Source of the DNA: Lama guanicoe | Taxonomy: Eukaryota | Assembly (NCBI GenBank): GCA_013239625.1 | Contig: MU054001.1 | Span: 1,990,151-2,054,150 of the forward strand | Reading direction: 5' to 3' | Length of the DNA stretch: 64,000 nt | Shown here: positions 37,431 to 48,600 of the stretch, in pieces | How positions within the stretch are numbered: position 1 is the stretch's first letter | Layout: every line of letters begins with the position of its first letter | Translations under genes and position numbers: made by a program | Notes under the pieces: model-generated | Database searches by the model: none | Seen by the model: only the letters and a program-made list of their open reading frames with translations | What the model was told of the DNA's origin: nothing

Positions 37431-39524
37431 GAGATAGAGAAAGCTCCTGGAAATCTCACAATCCCTGCTTCTTCTTCTTTCTCTTTTTTTATTTTCCCCC
37501 GGTAGGGAAATATGTATTCCTAACCTGTGGAAATACTGAACCGTCCACAATAACCAATGTTCTGAGATTCCAGGGAAACCATTTAGATGAGAAATTTCTC
37601 CTCAGTGATTAAACCCCATTTCAGACAAAATTTTTGGGATGAGGTCAGTTAATAAGGATTAGTGTCCTAACTGGGATTGGTTCTCAGCAAAATGATGATA
37701 CGAGAGAAATTTATCGTGGGTGCTCAATCAACAATTTGCCTACATTTAACTCTCTATGAACACACAGCTGGTGCAGAGGAAAGGTACTGAAGCAGGATGT
37801 GAGTTCAAATCCTGACTCCTCTGCTTAGAAGCTGTATGGCTACTACAAAGAACGTTACTTTAATTCTCTATCTTAGTTTCCTCATTTGTAAAATGGGCAA
37901 ATAAAACCTTCTTTCAAGGGTTATAGGAATTAGAGAGCCCTTACAGTATCTGGTAAGGAATTAGCTTTTGATGAATGATAGTTTAAAAGCATATTTATTT
38001 TTAGTTCCTTCCTCATATTTTTGTAAGTCCAGTCTATTATTTCAGGGAAGAAAGCAACTTGATTAATGCTTGTTCATTAAGATTTTAGGGATTTAATGTG
38101 TTGGTTCTCCCCAGGGAAATTGCATTTTTAAAAAGGCGGAGCTGTGGTATCTGAATGAAGGAACAACATGCTGATGGTAGGCATTTTGGGGGACAGGGGC
38201 TCTTAGATTAAATCCTGTAAAGGAAAATGGTCTCCATGTCTGGGTAAGGTTGACTTGCCCAGCTTTCAATGAAGAGGAAAGATAAAATTTTCCACTTAAG
38301 GAGGGCTACCTTCCGCCCCACCCCCCGCCCCCTGCCATCCATGAGTTGAAAAGAGTTTGCCTACATCTTGCTTTTTCAAGTGGGACAACTGAAATACCTT
38401 CTAGCTATTTGTTCCAGGAGTTCAATATATATTCTTGGTTATATCAAATATTTGATATTTTAGGAAATCAGCCTTGTTAAATTAAAGTGGATAAGATGGC
38501 ATTTTAAGGTCACCTTGGTATGATCAAACATGATGCTGACATTTACAATCTATTTCCATTGCTTCTCACATGTTTCCTTGTCAGTTAAATCCAGACTTCA
38601 AATTTAAAGGCGTTTCAAATCTAATAATGCAATTATAAATACTGTACCAGAATCACTAACTGCTGCCTGATTTCCATGCAAGTTACAAAATCTTCATATG
38701 TCCTATCACATCATTTAAAAAATTTTTAAAAATGATTATAATGCACAAAGTATATATATTTATTACACCTGCACAAAGTATAAACAAGGATAAATATTAA
38801 ATCTTTTATATACTCCTTAAATTTATGATTTTTGCTCATAGGAAAACCAAAGTAAATTTGCACATTAGATAAAAAGAACTGCAAATTAAAAGACCTGTGA
38901 TTGACAACATTAATTTAAGGTGACAGAAAACACGGTTTTGCAGAAACCGCATTGTCACACATGGAATGCATTTGAGCCACACTGCTATGGTCAGGATTTT
39001 GTCAAGCGGGGACTCTTTCTTTTTTGTAGGCTCAGTGATGACTCAGTTCTCACATGAGATGTCTCCATTCTAACTACTTGGTGGAATTTTCACACCACAG
39101 TTTGCAATGTCACCATTTGGCTTCATGTTGAAAGCGTATTTTAAAAATGAAGTCTGCCTCTAACCTTTCCTTGATAGATCACTATTAACATCAACATATG
39201 CACAGAAATTGTGTAGGGATAGTCAGGTCAAAGGTGGTTATCCAGGTGATTCAGATATAAGATGCTTAATATTGACAAATGCTTATAAAATGCAACAAAA
39301 ATATCATAGAGATATTTAAGATATTTAAGTCCTCTTCATGAGTCCCTTGACTTCTCTTAAAGGAATATTCATTATAGTATGTAAATGAAACAAAATGTAA
39401 TAATATAGTTCTCAATTGGATAGGCAGGGAGAAAGATATATTGGAATGATCACTGTGATTAGGAATGTATAACTCTTCTGGGTGAACTGTAGGAAATGTT
39501 TTAAGAAGAATTTAATCACTAAAT

Positions 39525-40471
39525 ACATTTTTTATTCTAGTAAAAAATATAATATAAAATATATCATTTTAACCACTTTAGGTATACAATTCTGTGGCAT
39601 TAAGTGCATTCACATTGTTGTGCAACCGTCATCACCATCCACCTCCAGAAATTTTTCACCTTCCCCAGCGGAAACTCTGCCCATTAAACACTAATCCTTC
39701 ATTCCCCTTCCCCTCATCCCCTGGCAACTGCCATTCTATTCTCTGTCTCTATGAAGTTGACTACGCTAGACAATTTATATAGGAAGAATCACAAAATTAT
39801 TGCCTTTTTGTGACTAGCTTCTTTCTTTTCTTCCTTCCTCCCTTCCTTTTTTAGAAAGATAATTTTATAAAGAGCAGTTTAAAGTTCACAGCAAAATTGA
39901 GAGGAAGGTACATAGATTTCTCTTATGATCCCTGCCGTCACACACACACACAGTCTCCCCCGTTATCAACAGCCCTGCCATAGTGGTACATTTGTTACAA
40001 CTGATGAACCTATATTGACACATCATTATCATCCAAAGTCCACAGTTTATATTAGGGCGTTGTTACATTCTATGGATTTGGACAAATGAATAGTGACATA
40101 TATTCACCTTCATCGTATCATACAGAGTATTTTCACTGGCCTAAAACTCTTCTGTGCTCCACCTTTTCACTTCTCTCCCTCCCCACCCCTGGCAACCACC
40201 GACAATTCTGCTGTCTTTGTAGTTTTGCGTTTCCCAGATTATCATATAGTTGGAATCATAGAGCCTTTCTATGGGCTTCTTTGTGCCTTGCTTGTTTCAT
40301 AATGTCTTCAAGGTTCAGCCGTGTTGTAGCATGTATCAGAATTTCTTTCCTTTTTAAGCCTGAATAATATTTCATTTTATGCATACACCATATTTTTTTT
40401 TAAAAATGTATTCATTTGTCGGTGGACACTGGTTGCTTCTACCTTTAGGCTATTGTGAATAATGCTGCTAT
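39525..40471 (-). mobile_element. Old L1 3' region (L1MB-like) with a nested L1MC-like piece (~39855-40260); left flank of the ERV
   Basis: aattctgtggcattaagtgcattcacattgttgtgcaacc...; gagcagtttaaagttcacagcaaaattgag; ends ggctattgtgaataatgctgctat. Confidence 0.85.
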
Positions 40472-40989
40472 TGTAATAGGAAGAACAAATCTGACTCCAT
40501 ATTAGAGCTGTTCCTTTGGCTCTAACCGTGTGCTCTGTGTCCCGTACTTAGTCATGCAGATTCTGTACCTTTTGTAAAAGAACGTTGCCTTTAGCCTGAA
40601 ATATATAGGAGAACCCATTCTCAAGACTCTATCTTTAAGGGTATAACATTTTTTTTTGTTCATATAGAGACAGCAAATTCCAGAACAGAGAATAACATTT
40701 TCTTGTTGGCGGTCTACAGGAACTTCATGACCTGACTTACGTGGAAAGCTGCAAGAACAAAGGATCCGACACCAAGAAGTTTGCAACAACCAACCACATC
40801 CCTTCCCCTTTTTAGCGTAAAAGGAACCTGAATTCTGACTTGAGTAAGATGGTTTTCTAAGACATTAGTCCCCCGTCTTCTTGATCGGCTGGCTTTCCGA
40901 ATAAAGTTGTTATTCCTTGCCCCAGTACCCTGTCTCCCGATGTACTGGTCTGTCCAGCGGCGAGCAGAACGAGTTTGGACTCGGTGACA
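40472..40989 (+). mobile_element. 5' LTR of the ERV1 provirus
   Basis: Starts tgtaatagg, ends ggactcggtgaca; AATAAA at ~40900; followed by a TGG-initiated PBS-like tggcaccagccgg (tRNA not assignable). Confidence 0.9.
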
Positions 40990-41246
40990 AATTTTGGCAC
41001 CAGCCGGCTTCCATCGGGGAGCGTTCCGGTTAAGGCTCTAGCGGCTGCCGGGCCCCCTTCCCCTCAGGATTCTTCTCCCTTCAAAGTTCCCGGAAGTGAC
41101 CGGGCCGCCCCAGAGCTGGGCAGCTGGAGCCAGGAATCTCATCTGGGAGAGGCTGTAGCGTAAGTGGCCCCGGTGTGTGCAGCCGGAAACTTTGTTCCTC
41201 TCCCGTTTGGGGCTTTTTTCCTCGGAACAAGCCAGTTTGTTTTGTG

Positions 41247-41361
41247 NNNNNNNNNNNNNNNNNNNNNNNNNNNNNNNNNNNNNNNNNNNNNNNNNNNNNN
41301 NNNNNNNNNNNNNNNNNNNNNNNNNNNNNNNNNNNNNNNNNNNNNNNNNNNNNNNNNNNNN
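41247..41361. other. Assembly gap (115 N)
   Basis: Direct reading. Confidence 1.
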
Positions 41362-41787
41362 TTCTTTTTTTCTGTCTTAAAAAAAAAAAAAAAGAACGGG
41401 GACTGTTTCAACTATCCCTAAAGAAAGTCGTCTGAGGCGCGTTTTGGATAAGTGGTCTGATTACAGTCATGAACCCGCGCCTAGGAGAGGATGAACAGTG
41501 TGATCTCCACAAGAGGCTTATTCAGGGTTATCTTCACATACCGCCACCCTTGCTGTGTTAATTATGTCATTTGTGGTCTCCTGTGTCGTTGGTACATGTA
41601 AAACTCCAAGGCCAAACTTGAGCATGCATTTAGGATTTCTGTTTGTCCTCTGGGTTTTTCATTTCATGATGTTTTGGTACTGTTTCCCCCTTTACAGTCA
41701 AGTCAGTTTTATGATATTTAAAACTTTTATTGATGTCAAACGGGGAAAGGAATGGAAAGAAAAAAAATCTGTCTGTTCTAGTCTGAG

Positions 41788-42619
41788 AGTGGGACCTTCC
41801 CAGGGAGAATATAAAGGTCCCACTTGGTTCCTAAAATCACCAAAAGCCTCAGCTCAGAATTCAGCCCGGTTGGTTGATGCCAAGGCAAAATGATTAGAAA
41901 AGATCAGTAGCTATTTATGATTTTACAATAAAATGCTGAGGAATGGTGGCCTTGGAATGGCTCTATACAATCCTGCAATTACAGATATTTTGTGAAAAAG
42001 CAAGGAAGAATGATGAAGTCCCCTAAGTGCAAGCATTTGTGCTATTACCTCAGGGAAAATAAGGAAAGGAATAAGAGTTAAGACATGTTGTTTCTAACCT
42101 TAACTCTCCCAGCTGAGCTGCCTGTCCCAGCGACGCCAATGTATCCACCCCCTCCACCACCTCCCATTCCTACAGTCAGCCACAGTCCCTGACACTGGGG
42201 CCCAGGAAGTGGTCAAACAGGCTCTCTTTCCTTATAGGGATCAATTAGAAAATCCTGTGATGGTTCCTAGGGCACAGGAACCTAGTCTGGTATTTCCATC
42301 TAAGACCCGACAGGGCACCCAGTTTGGACCAGGAGCCACTCCCAGCACAGGGCAATTTCCCCTACAACATTATCCCGTAGGGGGCCTAAATGCAAACAGC
42401 CATCAGGCTGGGTTTAACTAAATTGAGGAAATCCAGCAAAAACCAAATGAAGGCCTCTCTGAATTTTTGTAAAGGATTTATCAGGTCGACAGCAGATCTC
42501 AAGGCCCCTGGAAATGCTAGAATGGTAAATATGAGAAAATTTCAAAAATTCGATGGTGCATTTGGCATGTACCCTTTTCGATTGGTAGATGTTACTTTTA
42601 AAGTGTTAACAGGGAAACA
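41788..42619 (+). pseudogene. gag: Degenerate retroviral gag (MA, Pro-rich region, parts of CA)
   Basis: MA-like W-P-W-N-G-S...ILQLQIFCE...EVP*VQAF at ~41945-42040; Pro-rich stretch ~42140; GQFPLQHYPVGG; major-homology-region-like EIQQKPNEGLSEFL; CA end RKFQKFDG...LVDVTFKV-(F)-NRET; many stops, frameshifts and deletions. Confidence 0.8.
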
Positions 42620-43574
42620 GTCATTCTGGAAACTCATCAGTTTACCCAAGGTTGCCCTTATATCCCTCATCAGCACCTCACTCAGCTCTGGTTTTGGCTT
42701 CCTTGATCCTCCGCTGTCCCTCTTTGTTTTGGAAAAATTTAATTTACCAGCTGGATATGTGGGACTGGTATTCCTAGGTTTGGCACTATCCTACACCATT
42801 TCTTCACCACTGTTGGGCCTACTCAGTGATAAAATGCCATGTCTAAGGAAATGGCTTCTGGTTTTTGGAAACTAAATCACAGTAGGATGCTACATGCTCT
42901 AAGGACCTGCCCCATTCTTGCACTTTAAGAGGTGATGGCCCTCCAGGGTGTGCAAGGGAGACACCCAGGCAGGCGGCTTTCAAAAGAACAGATTTTTGTA
43001 CTGATATCAGCAGTTTCCATTAACGTAGGTTCCATGATGTGCTATTCTGTCCTTGGACCCTTTATCCCCAAGGAGGCTGGAAAGAATGGAGCCAGCGATA
43101 TAGTTATTGGTATGATCCTTGGGTGTTATGCTTTGTTTGACTTGCTGGCATCTTTGATATTTGGAAAATATCATGTACATATTGAAGCAAAATTTATGTT
43201 TGTAGGAGGAATATTTGTCTCAGAAGGTGTTACAATTCTCTTTGGTGTATTGGACCAAATTCCAGAAGGACCAGTGTTTATTTATTAGAGCTTATTACCA
43301 TGTGTTTTCTAGTGAGAACGATGGATGCAATAATTTTTGTTGCAGCAACTACTGCATCTTCTTCTATCCTTGGAAAGACTTTTCCAAATAATGTGGCTAC
43401 AGTACTGGGGAGTCTTGAGAATTTCCTGGACTGAGACTAAAGCTCCTTTAGGTGGCTGTTTGTAAAACCCTTGGCCTATGTGGTACCTTTTCTTTATCTG
43501 GGATACATAGTTCTTTTGATGGTACCCCTCAACGTGTGTATTTTACCTTATTGTGAGTCTGATCCAGGAAAACA
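42610..43574 (+). pseudogene. SLC18B1: Intronless, circularly permuted SLC18B1 (MFS-type vesicular polyamine transporter) retrocopy
   Basis: Segment A (42612-42931): GKQSFWKLISLPKVALI...FGFLDPPLSLFVLEKFNLPAGYVGLVFLGLALSY...LRKWLLVFGN*ITVGCYML*GPAPFLHFK. Segment B (42932-43574): GDGP...LSKEQIFVLISAVSINVGSMMCYSVLGPF...GAKFMF-like...FPNNVATVLGSLE...LMVPLNVCILPYCESDPGKQ. Both match recalled SLC18B1, but B is N-terminal to A. Stops at 42873-42875 and 42900-42902, plus frameshifts. Confidence 0.93.
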
Positions 43575-43632
43575 ATTTAAAAAATATAGGAACCTCTCAT
43601 ATAGTAAAAAAAGACAAACACTCTGATGATAG

Positions 43633-43747
43633 GGGCCTAAGCGCTTCCTTGGACTTGAGGCACCCAATTCCAGTTTCCCCACAGAAGCCCTGGGTAAACT
43701 TGACAGTCGGGGATGAGCTGATTGACTTTCTGATACATATGGGTGGT
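43633..43747 (+). pseudogene. pro: Retroviral protease N-terminal stub after the gag stop
   Basis: After tgatag: ...PIPVSPQKPWVNLTVGDELIDFLIHMG, matching gammaretroviral PR EPRVTL.VGG..V.FLVDTG with the catalytic DTG decayed. Confidence 0.75.
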
Positions 43748-43909
43748 AAACACCAAGGTGGTACAGAAGACATCTCAATCCATCCCGATCACAGGAGTCT
43801 TTAGAGGACAAAATTGTTCTCTCTTACACCTCTAGAATGTCAACTATGGGACCTCACTCTGAAACATAGTTTACGGGAGAGATGCTGCCTTACAGTGAAC
43901 TCCAAAGTA

Positions 43910-44023
43910 TCTTCTCGTTCTGCTGGCTTTCCAAATAAAGTCTTTATTCCCTGCCCTAATACCTCATCTCCTTATTTATTGGCCCGTTGCGTGGCGAGCA
44001 GGATAAGTTTGGACTCAGTGACA
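43910..44023 (+). mobile_element. 3' LTR remnant (R-U5)
   Basis: Ungapped match to 40876-40989 (hand count about 26 mismatches in 114 nt); AATAAA; ends ggactcagtgaca. Confidence 0.88.
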
Positions 44024-45160
44024 CTGAGAACATGGGTGTGCTCATATCTGTTTTAGTCCCTGTTTCTACTTTTTTTTGGTTATATATCTAGAAGTGGAAT
44101 TGCTGGATCATGTGGTCATATTGTGTTTAACTTTTTGAGGAATCAACATACTGTTTCCCACAGTAACTGTGCATCATTTTACATTCCCACCAACAGTGCA
44201 CATGGGTTCCAACTTCCCTATATCATTGCTCCATGCTATTTATTTTCTGCTGTTTTTTTAAGTGTTTCTAGAGATTCCCTTCCACTTTATTTTCTAAAAA
44301 ATTTTTAAAACATTTTTTATTGAGTTATAGTCATTTTACAATGCTGTGTCAAATTCCAATGTAGAGCTCAATTTTTCAATTACACATGAACATATATATA
44401 TTCATTGTCACATTTGTTTTCTCTGTGAGCTACCACAAGATCTTGTATATATTTCCCTGTGCTTATTTTCTGCTGTTTTGATAACAGCCATCCTAATGGG
44501 TGTGAGGTGGTATCTCATGGTTTTGATTTGCATTTTCCTAATGGCTACTGACATTGAGCATCTTTTCATATGCTTATTGGCCATTTGTTTATTTTATCTG
44601 GAGAAATGTCTATTCCAGTCCAGACCCATTTTAAAATTTTTAATTGAGTTTTTATTGTGGTTGTTGAGTTGTGGAACTTTGTAATATTCTGGGTATCAAT
44701 CTCTTATCATATATATGACTTACAGATATTTTCTCCAATTCTGTGGGTTGCTTTTTTTGTGTTTGTTGACACACACAATTTTTAAATTTTTTTCAAAATT
44801 TTTAAATTTTGATGAAATCCATTGTATCTATTTTTTTCTTTTGTTGTCTACTTTTGGTGTCAGATACAAGAAATCCTTGCCAAGTTCAACGTCATAAAGC
44901 TTTCCCCCTATGTTTTCTTCTAAGAATTTTAGAGTTTCAGTTCTTACATTTAGGTGTTTGATCCATTTTGAGTTACTTTCTGTATGTGATGTAAGGTAAG
45001 GGTCCAACTTCAATTTTTTTGCACATGGATATCAAGTTTTCCCAACACAATTTGTTGAAAAGACTGTCTTTTCCGAATTGAATGGTCTTGGCACTATTGT
45101 CAAGAGTAACTTGGCTGTATGTGTGAGAGTCTGTTTCTGGGCTTTCTATTCTCTGTCGTT
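44024..45160 (-). mobile_element. Continuation of the old L1 (ORF2 3' part) interrupted by the ERV
   Basis: gaacatgggtgtg...agaagtggaattgctggatcat...; ORF 44828-45013 [23 protein letters not shown] is L1 ORF2-derived. Confidence 0.9.
44257..44462 (-). mobile_element. Young short L1 3' end with 17-bp TSD and probable 3' transduction
   Basis: TSD ttattttctgctgtttt at 44240-44256 and 44463-44479; body matches the L1 3'UTR at 2295-2450. Confidence 0.85.
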
Positions 45161-45164
45161 CATG

Positions 45165-48100
45165 TCTTAGTGTGGGTCTCTAGGTATATCCTACTTGGAA
45201 GTTGTTGAGCTTCGTGCATTTGTATATTAATGTCTTTCCTCAAATATGAGATGTTTTCTGCCATTATTATTTCTTCAAATAATTAATTTGCCCCCTTCTC
45301 TCTCTTCTTTTTCTGGGACTCCAATAGTGAGTAAATTGGTCCAGTTAATGATATTTTATAAGTCCATCAGGTTCTACTTAGGTTTTTTTTTTTTTTTTGC
45401 TCCTCGGATTTGATAATTTCAAATGACTTCCCTTCAAGTTCTTGATTTGTTCTTCTGCCTGTTTTTAGTCTACTGCTGGACACGTCTAGTGAATTCCTCA
45501 ATTCAGTACTTGTATTTTCAGCTCCAGAATTAAAAAAATAATAATTTCTCTCTCTTTGTTGATATTTTCATTTGTTCATATAAGGTTTTCCTGAATTCCT
45601 GTAATTCTTTGTCCATGTTATTCTTTAGCTTTCTGATCATACTGAAGAAAGTTATTTTAAAGTCTTTTTCCGGTAAGTTTCATGTATGTGTTTCTTCAGA
45701 AACTGTTTCTGGAGATTTGTTTCTTTAAATAGGCCATGTTCTCTGTGTCTTTGTATGGATTATGATCTTTTGTTGAAAACTGGACATTTTCATATAGCCT
45801 AGAACATTGCAAATAATTTCCAGTTTGCTCTTTCTGACTGAAGAAAGAGAACCAGAAATTGGCTGCTTCCTCACAGCTGTACTACACCAGGCCAGGAGTC
45901 GGTGGGGCAAGGGCAAGTGAAAATGTGTACTGATGGATGTGAGAAAACAATATTTAGTTTTAATTTTCATTTGCCTCACTACTAATGAGAATTGGCCACT
46001 TGAGTTTCTTTGTCTCTGAACCACTATACTATTCATATACTTTGGCCATTTTTCTATTGGATTGTTGCTTTATGGGCATCAATATATATATTCTTGACAT
46101 TAATCACTTATTGATCATATGAATTTCTTGTATCATAATAGGAATGTTTATGTATGTATGTGTGTATGTGTGTGTGTGTGTGTGTATGTACATATGTATG
46201 TATTTTCAGCTTGTTGGGACTTTACTGTATCTCATAGAAAGATCTCAGTAGAGCTAAAAATCATTAACCATAGCTAGAACTTGAAAGACTTGAAATAAAC
46301 AATTTAGAAGAACTGCCACTTATTGAACACTGTCTAGACACTGTATTTTACTTATTTTATATTTATACCTAGCAACTCTACATGTTAGGTGCATTTACTC
46401 CTTTTTTTTAAATTTATTTTTTATTGAACGAAAGAGTCTTAAAATTTTATAGTCCGTCACAATTTTCAAAAGTTTCACACAGACAATTTCATGTAATCCC
46501 ATAATGGCCTTTCCCCCCCACCCCTGTATTTCCTCTCTCCACTTCTTTTGCCTCACTGGTAACTACTACTTTGCTCTCTGTATCTGTGAGCCTGCTTCTT
46601 TTTTGTTATGGAATGTTATTTATTTTTGATATTGCCCTGTATCAGGTATCCTTGTTGAACTTTCTTAATGTTCCAATAATGAATGTATTTTCTTCAGTTA
46701 TCTACATAATCATACTGTTTATGAACAATGACAGCTTTTGTTTGTTAACATATGTATATGATATGTGTGTGTGTTGATTTTTAGAGCTGTTTTAAGTTCA
46801 CAGAAAAATTGAGTGGAAAGTACAGAGTTCCCATATATCCCCTGCTCCCACACATGTAACTCCTCCCACTATGAACACTCCCCCCAGAGTGTACATTTCT
46901 TACTGTCAGTGAACACACACTGACACGTTATTCTCATGCAATGTCCACAGTTTACATTAGAAGTCATTCTTTGTGTTACACATTCTATGGATTTTGACAA
47001 ATGCAATATAACATGTATCCAGCATTATAGTGCCATGCGGAATAGTTTCATTGACCTAAAAATCCTCTGTGCTCTGCCTGTTCATCTCTTCCTCCTCATT
47101 AACCTTGGCAAAAATTTATATATTTAATATAAATATGCACATTAGTATATTAATATTATTTATCACACCAATATATTAATACAATTACATAATATGCAAT
47201 TATACAATATAATTATATAATTACTATAATATTAGTATATTAATATTTATATTACAATATATAAACATTTCTTTTCTTTCATATTGCACTGATTAGGACC
47301 TTTAGCACATGTTAAGTATAAGGAAGTAACAGGCATCTTTGTTTCTTCCCTTAAAGAGACCACATGTATATCATGTTCTAGCTATATGATATTTACTGTA
47401 GGTGTTTGACAGTAAGGAAATTTTTTTGCTATTAAAATGTTGCTAAAAGCTTTCCCCCCTGTATTTATTTAGATTATCATAATTTATTTCATCTGTTTGT
47501 ATTATGAATTATGTTACTAAACTTTCTAATGTTAAACCAACCTTGCATTCCTGAAATAAGCCCTATTTGCTTATAATATTAAATATTTTATGCATTCTTG
47601 CATTTCATTGTTAAAATCTTATTTAGGATTTTTGTGGCTTTATAAATGTGTTTGATGTATAATTTTCTTTTCTTTTCCTGCTCTTGTCTTGTTTTCATAC
47701 TGAAGTTATATTAATTTCATGCAATGAGAATCTCATGAAAAGAGAATGCTTTCTCCTTGTTTTCTTTTCTGTTCTAGCTGCTTATAACAATTAGACCTAA
47801 TCTCTTTTTACCTCAGCTTCCTAATTTGAAAAATGGAAATATCAACTTCATAGAGATATTTTGAAGATTAAAGGTGTTAAAATAGATAAAGCACTTAGAA
47901 CAGTGTCCCACAACATAACAAGCAACCTCTCAGTTGTAGCTATTTTTGCTATTATTCTCTCTAAAATGTTATATGGGGGAGGGATGATGTATTTCTGAAA
48001 GTTGAGTAAACCAGCTGACACTTTGCTTTATATGAATATATTTTAACTTACTCATTTTTTAATTTTATTTTTTTCTTCTTGAATTGCTTTTGTCAAGTTA

Positions 48101-48600
48101 TATTTTTCTGACAGTTTGTCTATTTCATCTAAATTTTCAAGTGTATTGACCTAATGTTTATAATGTACTCCTACTAATATTTAGTTATTGCTATATCTGA
48201 ATTTATTGCTCACTTTTCATTATTCCTAATATCACTTTTTGGGGGTATTGGGTACTTTGCTCATTAAATTTTAGATTTATTTTTTCTCTTTCTCTACGTG
48301 TTTGCTTTAATCACACTCCACAGGTCCTGGTTGGTAGTGTTTTTCACTGTTAATGAGTTTTTTTTTTTCTTCTTCAGAGTTTCATTAAGAATTAAGAGCT
48401 AGCTCTTATCGTGTAGCTGAATATTTTCCTACAATTTATCTGTTACTGAGTTTTAATTTCCATTATAATTCCTTACTTGGTCCATGAATTTATTATATTT
48501 ATAAACTAACATTTCCCAAAATATGGTTTTCTTTTTTGTTGTTGAATTTTAATTGTATTGTGTTGTCATCAGAGACTGTGCTCTGTATAATATTACTCTG
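45165..48600 (-). mobile_element. Cluster of old L1M fragments with MIR pieces and AT-rich low complexity (~47120-47262)
   Basis: ttctgggactccaat; gttttaagttcacagaaaaattgagtggaaagtacagagttcccatat; ttaaaccaaccttgcattcctgaaataagccc. Confidence 0.7.

Larger units (their letters stand above)
40472..44023 (+). mobile_element. Deleted gamma-like (ERV1) provirus: 5'LTR, leader, gag remnants, SLC18B1 insert, pro stub, 3'LTR remnant
   Basis: TG...CA LTR with AATAAA; recognisable gag MA/CA and protease motifs; 3' R-U5 homologous to the 5' LTR; interrupts an antisense L1 whose halves rejoin (aatgctgctat | ...gaacatgggtgtg). Confidence 0.88.

Noticed and set aside
38930..38952. Short hairpin cggttt-tgcag-aaaccg
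   Set aside because: A 6-bp stem is expected by chance in 64 kb, and there is no supporting ncRNA context.
41139..41435. ORFs spanning the N run
   Set aside because: Artefacts of the assembly gap.
42595..42612. Splice acceptor (ttaacAG|G) bringing in SLC18B1 by splicing
   Set aside because: The pyrimidine tract is weak, the upstream sequence reads as continuous gag, and by recall this position lies inside an SLC18B1 exon rather than at its start. Not fully excluded.
42390..43574. A functional SLC18B1 gene, or an ordinary processed pseudogene with 5' inversion
   Set aside because: There are no introns and several stops and frameshifts. Both segments are on the same strand, whereas twin priming would invert one, and there is no 3'UTR or poly(A).
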